DNA of 44,014 bases from Rotaria socialis. Lineage: Eukaryota. The translations under genes and the position numbers were made by a program. The stretch spans positions 66,114 through 110,127 of the forward strand of contig CAJNYD010000203.1 of assembly GCA_905331295.1 (NCBI GenBank), read 5' to 3'. This document shows, one piece after another, positions 13,182 through 26,478 of the stretch. The notes below the pieces were generated by a model. The model was not told where the DNA came from. It did not search any database and saw nothing but the letters and a program-made list of their open reading frames with translations. Within the stretch, counting starts at the first letter, position 1, and each line of letters starts with the position of its first letter.

Positions 13182-15809
13182 ATTGCTCTCGGATGTTTCG
13201 TCCATAGAACAATGCTACAGATTGTTTCTATGTGGCTCTATTAGAATTTTTCAACGGTTCGAAGGAATCAGTTTAGAATTACAAAGCAAAAATATTCATG
13301 ATGAAAATTTTACTTCAATTAAAAATAATGAAAATTTAATTTAGTTTATAATGCCAGTGGGAATTCAGCTTACGCATCATTGATTTGAGGATATACAATG
13401 ACCTTAGCTATCAATTGAACAATGGATTTTTCTGAATGTGAAATAAAATTACGAGTCCCATATTCAGTGTTAACAGCGTACTAAAATTTCGAAAAATAAT
13501 TATACCAATAGAATTTTTGCATCGTAAATCGAATATTCAATGGTGGATCTTTTAAATTAGAAAGATCAATATTTTAGCATCTTTCCTGGGCAAAATTATT
13601 GTATCCAGAATTTTTACTCCAGCTCATATACGTATTTTGTGTCTCACAATTCTTCGTTATTTTCGGTTTTTCAAATGTCTAGCTCAAATTAGAATTGTAA
13701 TGAGTAGTAGGTATAGCAACGTTTTTTCTAGGTTTCAGAGATTATACTTATTTTTTTAATGAAAAAGGAGTAAATATTGTTTCTTGCTTGGATTACTTGT
13801 AACATTTACTGAGAACAAACACTTCTGAAACAATTATTTGATATATCATATCGTATCTGTCAGAAACGCATGAAGAAAATATTCCATAGAGCAATATACA
13901 TAAATAGTTACAACTGAATTCATAAAAACATAAAGAACATCGTTATACACATTGATTTTTATTTATAAGTTATCATTTTTCCAAAGAACCAAATAAACAA
14001 AAGCTTATGAAATTGAATATTATGAATTCCAGGTAGTATTCGTATTTTCAACCTAAGGATTCAAACTGTGAAAATATTAAAGATCTTGCCACATATTTAC
14101 ATAATATAAATGTCAATTTTCTAGGCCATGAAAGAGAAAGAAAAATGTCACAGACAATTTATCATCAGTTATTATATGATAACCTTTATGTTTATCAAGA
14201 AATGATGAAAGGAAATTAAACTTTTTACCAATTTATACCTTATTAGATACCAGCTACATCTAGTATTGACATTCAAGAATTCCTTACTCATAATCGATTG
14301 AGCCTATGAAAAAGTAAAAAATAGACCCACAAGAAATTCAGAGTTAATGATCATTTGTGTTTCATGTTCTTGCACGGGTTTAGCTGAAAACACCGAAAAT
14401 GATTTTTCGGATTATGAAACAATAGGAAGACCCATTATTTTAACTAGTCGAGAGGAAGGAAAATGCTGCGTACAATTAAAAAAAGATTTTTATATTACTA
14501 TTTTTTTTTATCCTTCAGCTAACAAATTTAATCGGATCAGCAGTTGTGTTGAATTAATTTTGTAGTATTTTCAAATCGATTATGTAATGTTTAAAGCTGC
14601 CATTAAAAAATCTATTTTTATTGTTGATTGCTTGTTATTCAAGGCTCTGCAGAGATGTGTGTGGGTGTAGGCATAGAAGAAATCAAATAATATTGAACAT
14701 TTTCAATATTTAGCGCGAAAAAATGAATAAATATCTTTTATTAAATATTCATGAATTCAAAACATTTTTGTGAAATTCTTTTAGATAATAGCTTATTTAT
14801 TGTTTCTAATTTTTTAGTTGATACTTTGGTTTATAAGGTGGATAATAGTGGCGCAATCAAGGGCGGACCAGGGATGGGGGCTTAGCCCACCATCTGGAAT
14901 TTAAGCGCTGGTACGCTTACTTTGAAATAAATTAAATTTTCAATAAAAACACGCAAAATTCAATAGAACAACTTCCAAAGATTGCTATCACCATCGAAAC
15001 ATTTACTAATATCGACACTTGCCTTGATGTTTTTGAATAAATAAAAGATGAAAAAACAGTTCTGATTGTTTCTGGTTATTTTGATTAACAAATTTTACCT
15101 TTTAAAGAAATGAATCATCTTGCTTCAGTCTACATATTATAATGAAAAATCTGAACATGAAAGATGCACAAAGGTATAAAGAAGTCAAAGGTATCTGTAC
15201 TAAAATTGAATCGATTTGTCATAAACTTAAACAAAATATACGTCAATTGAAGGAATATTTTACATCAGCTGGTATTGTTTCCACGAAATCGTTACACTTA
15301 CACGTGATACCCGTACTATACCTTTGATAATACCATTGTGCACTTAACGTGTGTGTCACTTCACATGAATCAGGTGGCACAAGTATAATTTGCGTTGTAT
15401 CAAGCCCGCATGAACTGACTCGAAATGATACTTCTTTGTTGTATTTCGTTTCATGCAAAAGCTTGTAATCGTTTTATAAAACGTTTGAAATGGAAAACAT
15501 AACAATGTAATGATAGAAATGATTTTGTTGATTTCTTCTTATTGTAATTGGCATTAGCCTTTTTAAAATTTTCAAATGATAATATTTATTTATATGGATT
15601 AAACTCCTGATAATAATAAATCTTTCCTGAATTTTTATTTTATTTCAAGTTAAGTTTTAGGTTGGATTATTTATAAACTTCAATAATTTTCATATGGTAT
15701 ACTTTTCTATTTCAATCTAAATACTACTATTAAGAAAGCGCACAATATTTTTCTTAACAAAATTATTGACTGAATTAAACCATGCAAGATAAACGTGTAT
15801 CTAAATTTA

Positions 15810-16077
15810 CCCAGGTGAGAAAAAACGGCCCGTAAACGGCCTGAAACGGCATTAAAACGATGTAAAGCGTTAAAAAACGGCGCCGTTTTCCGCCAGCTCG
15901 GAAAACGAGGAGAACAATGTTAAAAGCGATGCCCGTTTTCTAGCAAAAAAACGGCCTGTAAAACGAGCTGACGGATTACGGCGAAATAAGGTGAAAATTA
16001 ATGCCGTTTTATGTCGCTTTATAGCCGTTTCAGGCCGTTTCCGATGGCCTTTCAGACGACCGGATGATCCTCCTGGG
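15810..16077. mobile_element. MITE with CCCAGG...CCTGGG termini and TA target-site duplication
   Basis: ta|cccagg ... cctggg|ta. The interior is rich in aaacggc motifs on the left and the inverse gccgttt on the right. It is a GC-rich island in AT-rich DNA. Confidence 0.8.
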
Positions 16078-16118
16078 TATTTGAAAGAAAAAACTATGGC
16101 TCTTTTTATTTATTCTCA

Positions 16119-16749
16119 CCCAGAAGAATGACTCCGATAGTGGGATCCTATCGGATTCGTGTCGGAATTTTATCGAATATAGTATGGATTTCATTAAACA
16201 GACGAAATCCTGTCGGCATCCGAGTAGGGATGTAACAATACCATTTCGAGACACATAAAGATAGCTAATTTTCACAATGAAAATCTAGCAATACCAACCA
16301 ATACATTGCGTTAGTTATAACAATACTCACCAATACTCGGGATCGTTTCTGTTGGTATTGGTATTTTATATACTCCTCTCAGATAGAGCTAACTTCGCTT
16401 GTTATAACTAACGCAAAGTATTGGTTGGTATTGCTAGATTTTCATTGTGAAAATTGGCAATCTTTATGTGTCCCCAAATGATATTGTTGCATCCCTATAT
16501 CCGGGTGTGGGACCTACAATCGGAACCCTAGTGTTGGAATCCTACAGGTTCTAGTGCCGGAATTTAACGGAATCTAACATAAGCATTCGACCCATGTGTT
16601 CTGTTAGCACCATATGCTTATTCATTGGTGATTAAGAAAAAAATATTTTCCGTCGGATCCGTTAGTAGATCCGTGACCAGGAATCTGATCGGATTTTGTC
16701 GGATCCCATGAGATCCGATAGGATTCACTGTCGGACTCATTCATCCGGG
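16119..16749. mobile_element. MITE with about 40-bp imperfect TIRs (CCC...GGG termini), interrupted by a second MITE
   Basis: Left end cccagaagaatgactccgatagtgggatcctatcggat; reverse complement of the right end cccggatgaatgagtccgacagtgaatcctatcggat. Internal ggatcc/tcggat motifs recur. The TSD is not retained. Confidence 0.8.
16225..16497. mobile_element. hAT-type foldback MITE (273 bp) nested in the previous element
   Basis: Termini TAGGGATG...CATCCCTA. 99-bp inverted arms at 16225-16323 and 16399-16497. Degenerate 8-bp TSD catccgag/tatccggg (6/8 match). Confidence 0.9.
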
Positions 16750-17419
16750 GCATAGATGAATGCAAGTGATAATACAACAAGAAAAGTTATTGATAAAAAT
16801 GTTTTTTGTTTAGTTAAAGAATGACAAAAAGAAAAGGAGATTTGCGTTAGTTTTATAGAACTATATGTAATTTCGGTCAGTTATATACATATCAAGAAAA
16901 TCCAAATAAACACCGACACTGCGTACAGTACAGACATCTAGTTATTCTATGACATTTCATCGATATATTTTTCATTCTATCGATTACAAGTACAGATCTG
17001 ATTCAGTCTTTCAGTGGCATTTAGTTAATAGTGTAATATATTGCATCTAATTTCAAGAAATGAGTCCAAACCTTATCTATGATGTCTTTATATTACTTAC
17101 TAGAATAACTAATTTGAATTCTTATAAAATCTTTAAACAAATAGCACACTACTTGTTTTCAAATTTTTACACAAAATCATATTCAAGATATGATTCATTC
17201 TTTTGTTTTGAGTAATGTCTGAGTTACAATATGTTATATTAAAATTATCATTACATTAATTGAGAAGAATTCGACAAACAATTATTAAATGAACAGAAAA
17301 AAGGTATATAAGAGAGAAAAAACTCTTGAGAAATTTCGTCATAGGTTTCAAGTTTAAACCCCTAGTCGAGTATTTTTTTTCAAGTGCTTGACAAGTCTTG
17401 TCCTCAATGTGTATCCATA

Positions 17420-17716
17420 CCCAGGTCGAATAGTCCGACCTGGCAACTGCCGGTTCCGAGTAGTTCCGTTGATTTTGTGGAAGCAGTATTCCGATTGGAA
17501 TATTTTTGGATTTTTTCCCGTGATTTCCGATCAATTCCTGCTGGAAAGCACCGGAACTTGACAGGAATCGGCCAGAAAAGTTCGGCCATGTTTTTGACCG
17601 GAATACTGTTTCCATGTTCCAGCGATTTCCCGTGTTTTCCTGCAGGATATGGTGAATTCCCCACATATTTCTTGGAGTATCCTACAGGATCCGGTGGCCG
17701 GAATGTTCGACCTGGG
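17420..17716. mobile_element. MITE with CCCAGGTCGAA TIRs and TA TSD (297 bp)
   Basis: ta|cccaggtcgaatagtccg ... cggaatgttcgacctggg|ta, with internal ccggaa/ttccg motifs. It explains the three overlapping spurious ORFs at 17256-17724. Confidence 0.88.
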
Positions 17717-20652
17717 TAGTACATGACTTCCTTTCCATAGACAGGCCCTTGAACGGTTGCGTCATTTATGCGGATAGATAAATCAACTCATGCGCTGAAC
17801 TCATGCAAATCATATGATTATTTGTGAAACAACCAGTTAGAATTAAATACTCGAACCTTTTCTGTCCTAGATAATATGATGATTTTGTTTTCTGAAATTG
17901 TTAAATATAGTTAGTATGTAAATGGGACCTCGGTATTTCAGCCCGATGCGACATGAAAATGAGCGTGAGAATGAGTCAATTTTGTGATAAAGAATTCATT
18001 TTTCAGGTCGAAAATCCCTTGGGCCGAAATTCATGTAACACTGAATGGGAAATATGTTTTTTCAAGCACGGCAGAAGTTTTTATTGTTCATTTTTAGATT
18101 TTTTCCTGACCAAACAACATAGTTGCTCGTCTAATAGTTCGGATAAATTCTTTCTATTGTTTTTGACCAGTCAGTCGTATATATAATATGCATTGCCAAT
18201 TTTAAGTAGTTGACGGTTAGTGGCATCTGATCAAGTGAATGACTGAAATATGGAAAAAATGGCATATTTCCGTTGCACAAGCGTAATTCAGGTGCTTGAG
18301 GAAGAAACGCAAACACGAATAAGAATTTCAAGCGTGTTAGCTTGAAAAAAGACTTCATGTCTTGCGTCAAGATGTGTCCACAGTTCTTGACTTTCTTGTA
18401 CAAGGTACTCAAATATTACATGTGCTTGCAAAAAAAAACGTTCGACTAAGGGAAGTGTTATTTATTCATTATAAGATACTATTTATTCTCATTATCTTTA
18501 TAAAATCAAATCCTTAAAACTTCTGTTTATGTGACTGTTTTTTGTATTTAATTTTATAATATTGTTTTCAAGATAGATAAATAACCTATTGGACATAATT
18601 AATATTTCTCTCTCGTTTTATAACAGTTGCTTTATAAAATTTTCAGAGAAGTTGAAAAACAAAATCAAAAGCATCAAGATTTAAACATTCAACAAAGTCT
18701 GGGAATGTTCGGAGTGAATATCTATAAAGAAATCCTAACCGATAAATATCCATCATGAACAGTATTTGTCTTGTATTATGAATCCTTTTTAAATTTACAA
18801 TAAAAGACTTAATTCATCATTTGCTCTGCATGCTTTTAAATCACTAATTCAATCCAGATTAAATCATGACAAACAATGGATTCTAGATTCTTTTTTAGTT
18901 CATATCGCGCCTCCGTGTGCCTTCAGAGAATTCTTGTTTTAATATCCGTTTTCAGCGGAGTTTTAGCGTAACTTGAGGCCTACTTGAAAGCTCAATAACA
19001 ATATATTGTCATTTTCATATGAAATATTACTGATGAAGAATTCGCATGGCAACTTTAATATAGTGAAAATTTCAGACAAATAAAGTGTTTGTTTTCGTCG
19101 ACATATTGAATTCTCGAGTAAATTCACTTCTTGTACTATGACTGTGCCAAACAAGTATCTTTTGTAAATTGCATACTTTCAAAAAGGGAACTTTCTTTTT
19201 GGCGAAACTATTCAAAATGATCTCATGGTGAACGGAACCGTACTTGAGCTACACTTTAGTTGGAGCTACTGATTTTTTCGATATACAACTAAAGCTGACT
19301 AATACATATTATAAATAATATCTACATCATAACTATTTTTGTCCCAGTCCGTTTGTTTATTACTTGATGATAAAGAAAACTTGCAAGTTGGTTTGAATTC
19401 ATCCGTCATCCGGCTATTGAGACATTTCAAATCTTTTTTGTCACTGAAAAATTTATCATTTTTTGTTCAGCTAGCTACATCGAAAGTTACTCACAACAGT
19501 AACATAATTCTTCTTCTGAGATCTCTAATTTCTATAGAGTTTTTCTTATTGATCAGCTTTTTAAAACAGTTTTCCTCTTTCCATGAACAGAAGAATAGAA
19601 AAATTTTGATTAGTTTTCACAATTTCAGAACTATACCATATGCGATTGAGTCCATCCTCATTATTTGATGACAAGAGTAGAATTTTTTGTAGCGAAAAGA
19701 TCAATTCAACAAGTAGAATAGTTGCTGAGAAGTCTTGTTTTTGTAAACAACTGTTAGGGTTCTCGCTCACGAAGAGCGACGAACACTTTAAACGTGTGTG
19801 TTTTATTATCTCTCTGTTTATTCTTTTAGAAAACAAATGTTTATATACGCACACGAAAACGGAGACAAGAAAATAGAGGGAAACGGAGAGAGAAAGGAAA
19901 AGACAAAAGAAAAGAGAATAGATAGAGTCGAGATATACGTTACAGTAGAACACACCATAACAACAACTCATCAAAGTGCTCTACAAGCATGTAAATATAA
20001 TCACAGAGGTTTTTCTGTAATATTCCGTTTAAAAACTTCTAAGAAGATTCTGTAGAATCTAGTTGAACTATCGAAAGCACAACGATTTTCAATCAGTAAT
20101 ATAAAAGGAATCGAAAAAACCTGCATACGTATATCACAAGTTGAATAATAAACAATACACAAACATAAAATGTCTAGTTCTATCCTTGTCACATAGTACT
20201 ATTGTTTCTCTTGTCAGTACATAATAATAGCTCTAAATAATATTTCTAAATTTTTCTCGCATACAGAGAAACTTCGTACTTTCATCCATTATGGTGAAAA
20301 CAAAATACTATAGGATTCACTTGATCTACCTACCATCAGAGATATTCTGTTCCTACTATGGTAGATAGCTTACAGAATAGTCGCGTACATAATTTAGTCA
20401 TGTTTCTTCCTAAGAAACAGTTTTGAATTGTTATGCTCTTGTAGTTTTACATTTGTTAAATGTTCATTAAAAATATATTATCATTCGCATTTATTAGATA
20501 AAAACTAGAGTAAAATTCATTGGTTTCATATCGTATAGTTAATTAACAAAAAAAGAAGAACTCAAAAAACAAAACTCAACGAAATCTATGTAAAAAAAGT
20601 AGTAACACGTTTTGTTTTGTGTATGCTATCTATATCAATTGAGCAATAAAAA

Positions 20653-22050
20653 TTAATGGTGATGGTGATGAATATGATGTTTTTGTAAAACAAATGTGGG
20701 TTCATCCGTGTTAACACCGTGGCATCGTTGCATATGCGTTTTGAGTCCTTGTCTTAATTTGAATTTTTTTGGACAGCGAGCACACTCGAAATTTCTTATA
20801 GCTACATGAACAATACTATGATGACGATTTAAATTGGATTTGTTTGAAAAATCACGTCCACATAAAAGACAAGGAAATTTCTTTTGATTTAGTTGTTTAG
20901 GAGGTATAATTTCATGTTCATCGATTGCGTTCGTTGATGTTGGAGAAATCGAGGATGATTTAAACATCTGATGATGTTGTTGAGCAAGTAAAGCGGCATG
21001 ACGTGGATTTGAAACAATGGCAATTAATGCTCCTGTTGTTGGATCAATAAATGGTGGAGTAGTTGCCAATGATGAGGATGCAGTTTGTAAAGTTAAAGAT
21101 TTATATGCTGAGCCAAATGGTAGATTACTGAAATCGTTATGATGAGCATGTATACCAGTTGAAAATATACCTGTTCGATGATGTTTCGATGAATGAGAAT
21201 TAAATAAAATTCTCGGGGAAAGTTTTTCAGTCGAATGAACTATTGGAGAATCTTAAAAGAAGAAGAAAAAAGATGCAAAGTTATGCATAAATGAATTTAT
21301 TCGTATTTTTGATTACTTGATTGTTCAGCGTGATTGAGCAATGAAGGCTAGAACAAAAAGAAGAAGAAAATTTTTATAGAATGAAGAAAAAGGAGCCGTG
21401 GTGTTATTTTGCTTTTACTTTATCTTCAATATTAATTCTGTGCGCTATTTTAGATTTACGTCGTTTAGCACCAACTAATGTCGTTGTTGACATCACTATA
21501 GATGGTGAATGTTCATGACCATTCATTGAAGGTATCGTTCGAAGTTTTTCCTCACCTTCTTCAGTATCGTCGTCATCATCATTTACTGGGATTTGCTAAA
21601 AAAGAATTGCTATTAAGTAGACAAATACGAAAAAAAAAACAATTGACGTACTCGATGATTAAAAGAAAACGGAATAAAATCATTTTTGTGTTGTTTTTGC
21701 CCTTGGAAAATAAGTGCACGTTTATATAGACTACGTTCAATTTTATTCATAAGTATTTTCTGTTCACTATCAAGTTTTTCAATATGGTCTTTAATTTGTT
21801 CTATTTGTCGTATTGTTTCACAACATCGAAAACATATTGCACGATTATTAATTGTTCCATTATGATTTTTAAGCCATAGATTTTGAAATTTTTTCGATGA
21901 TGAAATGAGCCGCTCGATCGATGCGATCGAACAACGATTACCATACCGTCTATTTGATGACGAATAACCAAGTGTAGAACTAGTTGTATGGGTGTATAAA
22001 AGAGCATAGCATAGGGAACATCGACTTGTTGTTACACCGAATGTATGCAT
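20653..22050 (-). CDS. Zinc-finger protein with ZAD-like C4 N-terminal domain and two C-terminal C2H2 fingers, about 401 aa
   Basis: Exons 22050-21652, 21595-21419, 21347-21317, 21251-20653 (GT-AG, phases 0/0/1, 1206 nt). N-terminus CSLC...ICFRC followed by a helical/coiled-coil stretch; acidic DDDDD linker; NLS-like KRRKSK; fingers CLLCGRDFSNKSNLNRHHSIVH and CARCPKKFKLRQGLKTHMQRCH; poly-His tail. The C2H2 call is firm; the ZAD call is pattern-based. Confidence 0.9.
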
Positions 22051-22311
22051 ATTTTAAGAAGCTTGATTAGTTCAATTTATAAAAAATAAATAGTCAGGAC
22101 CTTTTTATTTTGTTTGTTTGTTTCTTTGTTTCTTTATTGCGCTCTGCTCTTTTTTATTCATCCGCACGTGATGGTGCTGATAATTGTCGCCATTATCGTT
22201 ATATTCATGCTGCTGTTGCTGCTACTCTACTACTGACGATGCTAGTAGAATAAAAAATCTTCAGGATGATACATTTTCCGTATCGAATATCAAGCAAAAG
22301 CGACGACTACG

Positions 22312-22331
22312 CGAGCGCGCGCGCGCGCTCG
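22312..22331. promoter_or_regulatory. Perfect 20-bp CG palindrome upstream of the zinc-finger gene
   Basis: cgagcgcgcgcgcgcgctcg is its own reverse complement and lies about 260 bp upstream of ATG 22050. The regulatory role is inferred from position only. Confidence 0.45.
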
Positions 22332-24318
22332 ATCTTTAGCGTGATGATGAGAACAACAACAACAACAACAACAAGAAGAAGATATTTTTTCTGATCTCTT
22401 TCTCTTTCTTTCAGAGTGACTTGCATAATCTTGGAATTTTTCCTCTTGCTGATACTACTTGTCGTTTGTACAATTCCCATCTTTCTTCTTCTGCCTTTCT
22501 TTCTTTCTCTCTGTTTATGCCTCTCACACAATTCTCTTCTTTATGTGTACCATTACATCACCGCACTAACTTTCGTCACTCGCACATAAAAACGATCGTT
22601 GATGTATATTTATGCGCGTATCCCTCGGAAGATTACTTCTTTCTCAATCTGTATGTGTATATGTGCGTGCAAACCAGGCGTTCTCTGAAATGAGTTGACA
22701 AACATTCAAGTCGATCAATATTTTTTGATGGACTGACGTTCGTTCTTCTGATAGAATGCAAGTTGATGACATGACAAAAGGGTGCTATCAAGAAAGAAAT
22801 GTTTTTTTCTCTTTCACACGAGTAATTCCATCGATGATTATGGTGATGATGATGATGATGAGAGCGACATCAAGATCACCTCTCGCTTCTTCTTCTTCTT
22901 CTTATCGTCATCAACGGGAGCCAACACAGTGTGCATAATGTAAAGTTAATTTATGAATGATGGCTAAATCATCAACAAGAATTTCTCTTTGTCTTATGAA
23001 ATAAAAATAAATAAATGAATGAATGGATGGATGAGTGAATGCAGACAAAGTTACATGCTTGATTCTTCGCATCTATATTTACATTTGTGATTTTGTATAT
23101 ACATATTCAATGCACTATTGCATAGAGTCTCTGTTTCCAAATGAATCTCTTTGTATTAAAAAGAACAAATAAATTTCATATCACTCAGCATGATATAATA
23201 AACTATAGTAAAATTCAGTTACGAACAAAAACAAAACAAACGCTATACCAAAAGCATCTTTTTAGTTAAATATCGGCGTCATTTATCCATAGCGTTAATT
23301 TAGTTAACTCTTCATGTGATATAGAGAATGCCATCACTGTCCCATCGTCCTCTTTACTCTTCTTTTTCTTTTTTTAGTACAGTTGATTGGATTACTCTTC
23401 TGACTGCTTTCACCATTCAAGGTTTGATGGAGCATGCATCCATAAACATCTTCGCCTCGCTCTTTTCTCGTCATCGCCCGTCGACGATAAATACCATCAA
23501 GCAGAGATAACAGGCATGTACGAGTAAGAGAGAGAAAAGGAAGAAGACACAAAGTGTGAGATGTACATGCATTACTCGAGATGCGTGTTTGTGTGTGTGT
23601 ATGTGTGTCATAGCGTCAGTATATTGAAAAAAAGCAGTAGCAATAACAACAGTAGTACTAGTAATAGTCTTCCATTATTGGGCGTCTTCTCTTTCTTTTC
23701 CGTTCGAGCGCGATGTACTATCTACGTGTCTCTTCGTCTTATATGCACAACGATGATTGACATCACCCATGAGCAGCAGCCGCTCGAATACGGCAACGTT
23801 AAGAATAGATACAGAAAAAGATGGCTAAAAAGGGAGGGAAGCGTGGATGGCTGGGGTGACTTTTGAAGGAAACATCTATGTATTATGCAGCAACGGCCAG
23901 AAAGAGTAGAAGAATGTTGCCATTTGGGTTTCAAGTGACTGACGCGCACACGCAATACAACTATCATCATCATCATTATCATCATTCTTCATAAAGAAAA
24001 AGTAGTTCTGTAAAAAAAGAGGAAAATTACGGAAGAGAAAAATGAGTCAAAGCATACATATGACGTGAAGAAAACGATACTAATCATCATTTATAGCCAT
24101 GGCATTGCATGCATATTTATTTATATGTTCTTTTCATTATCCATAACTGTTGAGTCTTGGAGCTTTAAGCAAACGATTAATACATTTTTAAAGTTATGTA
24201 TGGTATTTTTATGCTTTTCATCGTAGAAATTTAAAAAAGAAAAGAATCTTATGTATACTTAGTTTATAGCAAAATAAAACACTCTGTTTGAAAAAGAAAG
24301 GGAAAAGAAAGAAAAGAG

Positions 24319-26413
24319 TTATGTCGATGATGTACTCGATCCAGACATAATTGGTGGTATTCGAGCAAGTCGATGTAATTTAGGAATTTGAGAGTCGTGA
24401 TCATCATCATCGTTATGATCTTTTGATTTACGTAAGAAATCGCTCGCTGCTTGAAGTATAGCAAGATCACCTCGTCGTGCAATTGGTTTCAACGGACGAC
24501 TGTCATCGTAAAAATTCGTATATCTTGACATTCCATTCTATAAAAATGTACATCCAGATAAACAGAACACTAAAGCAATAATGGGAATTAATTACTTGAT
24601 ATCGTCGTGGATCACCCTTTTTCAATCTAGAATCTTCATATAATACACCAGGCATTGGTTGAATGAGATCACCAACTTCACTCGACTGTTCGGGAAGTAC
24701 TGAAAAAATAAAATAACTTTTCATCATATATTTATAAACGAACAAAGAAATAATCAAAAACTAAACGAACCAAGTTTAACATGAGTAAATTTCGGTTCAA
24801 ATTGAGAAATTTTCATTTGTGACGGTTTCTTAGGAGGTGGTCGTGTTTCAATGGCAGCTTTTCTTGGTTTAACAATATCACAATTTACTTGAATACTAAA
24901 TAAATAATTTAGAATTGTAATGAAAGAAAAAAAATCCTTGGGTTCAATCGAACCTTCTGCGTGTAAGTTTATCTGGATCAAGCTTAACCATAGAAATTAC
25001 ATTTCCATAATCATCGAGCTCGAGTTCTCGATAACCAGGCGGTCGATTAAGAATACTCTAAATTTATTAAATAAGCAAAGTATGCTGAATAAAATGATTG
25101 CTTTGGAAATATTACTTTAAGCATTGAATGAGCAGCAATTGGTGCTTTAGCAATAACTTCTTCAATATGTTGATCGACGAATGATTTCGATTCCAATTTT
25201 TTCAAACTTTTTGTTGTTGTTGTTGCTGTTATATTTGTGGTCGATGCAAATGCATCAGAACCAATTTGTGATGATACTTTTGGTGCAATTAAACGTCGAG
25301 CCTTTGATGCAGACGTTGTTGTTTTTGTGAAATTCGCTGACGAACTGCTTGTTTGAAGTTGTACTGAATAGAACAGACCAGATAAGGGTTCTAACTGAAA
25401 ACAAAAAACAAAGATAATCAATAAAAATCATTGTTTTTCTTTTCGTCTTTTATTACTAACCTTCGTTGGTTGATTTTGAATTACAAATATATCATGATTG
25501 TAAGGTTTTTGTGCAGCATATAATTGACTGATACCTTTTCCGATTAGAGATTCCTTGCGAGCCAATGCTTGATCATCATCATTATCACTGGTGGATTGTT
25601 CATTAGTATTCGGACGATGATTACTCTCTGTTCGAGAACGTTGTTTTGTTTGAGTCATAGAATGAATTGAACTATTAACGGAGGAACTTCGAGAAGGACG
25701 TTGCGTTTGATCGAAATGTTCCGACGTTTGCATATTTATTGGAACGGTAACTGGACGTTCAACATCAATTAGTGGCGATTCTTCAATACTAAATCAAAGA
25801 CATTATTATGCATGTTGAAAATCGATTGAAAATAAACCTTTGTGGACGTTCTTCTCGACAGGCCGGTACAACACCTTCACCCCAATTATCCATCGAACAC
25901 GGAATAGGTTCTTCAAAAGCATAAAAAAAAGAAAGAAAGCAGACAATAAAAACACAATTAGTTGCTTTTATGTCTTTCACCTTCATCTCCAGCCCAAAAA
26001 TCACTATCGATTGGTTTTGGCTCATCTCTTTCTAAAAATGCCCACTACAATAAGAAAAAAAAGAGAAAGATTATAAAATATTTTGTACGGTTACTATTTT
26101 TTATTACTTGAATAACACTTGACAAAGCATTTTCTGTCATCATCATTGTAAACGGTAACAATTGTCGATCGATATATATTTGTTGAATTTGTTTCGATGC
26201 ATCTGTCCATATACTATCGAATACATCGGCAACAAAATCTTCTGCATCATCATTTTCTAATAATAATAGCCAATCGGTTTCATTAAATTTGCCGGGTACG
26301 ATTTCTAAGATGTTTGTTGGTAGTTTATCACCTTTTAATTGATCTTTGCCGGGTGTTTTAACAGTTGATTTCGCTGTTGAACGTGCTGGTTTTGAAACAG
26401 CTCGCGATGCCAT
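24319..26413 (-). CDS. C2orf81: C2orf81/DUF4639-like protein, about 533 aa
   Basis: Exons 26413-26108, 26044-25981, 25910-25838, 25788-25461, 25394-25116, 25057-24954, 24895-24771, 24699-24596, 24537-24319 (all GT-AG, phases consistent, 1602 nt). The N-terminal domain EIVPGKFNETDW...LLPFT...IQWAFLERDE...WAGDEEPIPCSMDNWGEGVVP matches, from memory, the C2orf81 pattern DIVPGRLSEAEW...IPFT...EWRFLARDE...WGEDEEP..C..DSWAQGSVP. Confidence 0.88.
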
Positions 26414-26478
26414 TTTTTAGCAACCGACAAGGTTCGGCAATCGATCAAAATTGTCGTTCGAATGACCATTAGTAAAAT

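Noticed and set aside
13850..14340. Protein-like stretch (PKDSNCENIKDLATYLHNINVNFLGHE...) on the + strand
   Set aside because: It is short, surrounded by stops, and has no recognisable family or coherent splice model. It may be a relic; TBLASTX would be needed.
14846..14895. Short GC-rich island resembling a DNA transposon terminus
   Set aside because: No matching inverted end or TSD was found.
17256..17724. Three overlapping ORFs of 106-136 aa on both strands
   Set aside because: They coincide with the GC-rich MITE at 17420-17716. The open frames are a compositional by-product with no protein motifs.
18131..19974. Several minus-strand ORFs (93, 63 and 137 aa)
   Set aside because: No recognisable motifs, non-ATG starts or low complexity, and I could not build a consistent exon chain.
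22307..23985. ORFs in the region between the zinc-finger and C2orf81-like genes
   Set aside because: They are dominated by simple-repeat translations (poly-V, poly-M, poly-S), typical of non-coding regulatory DNA.
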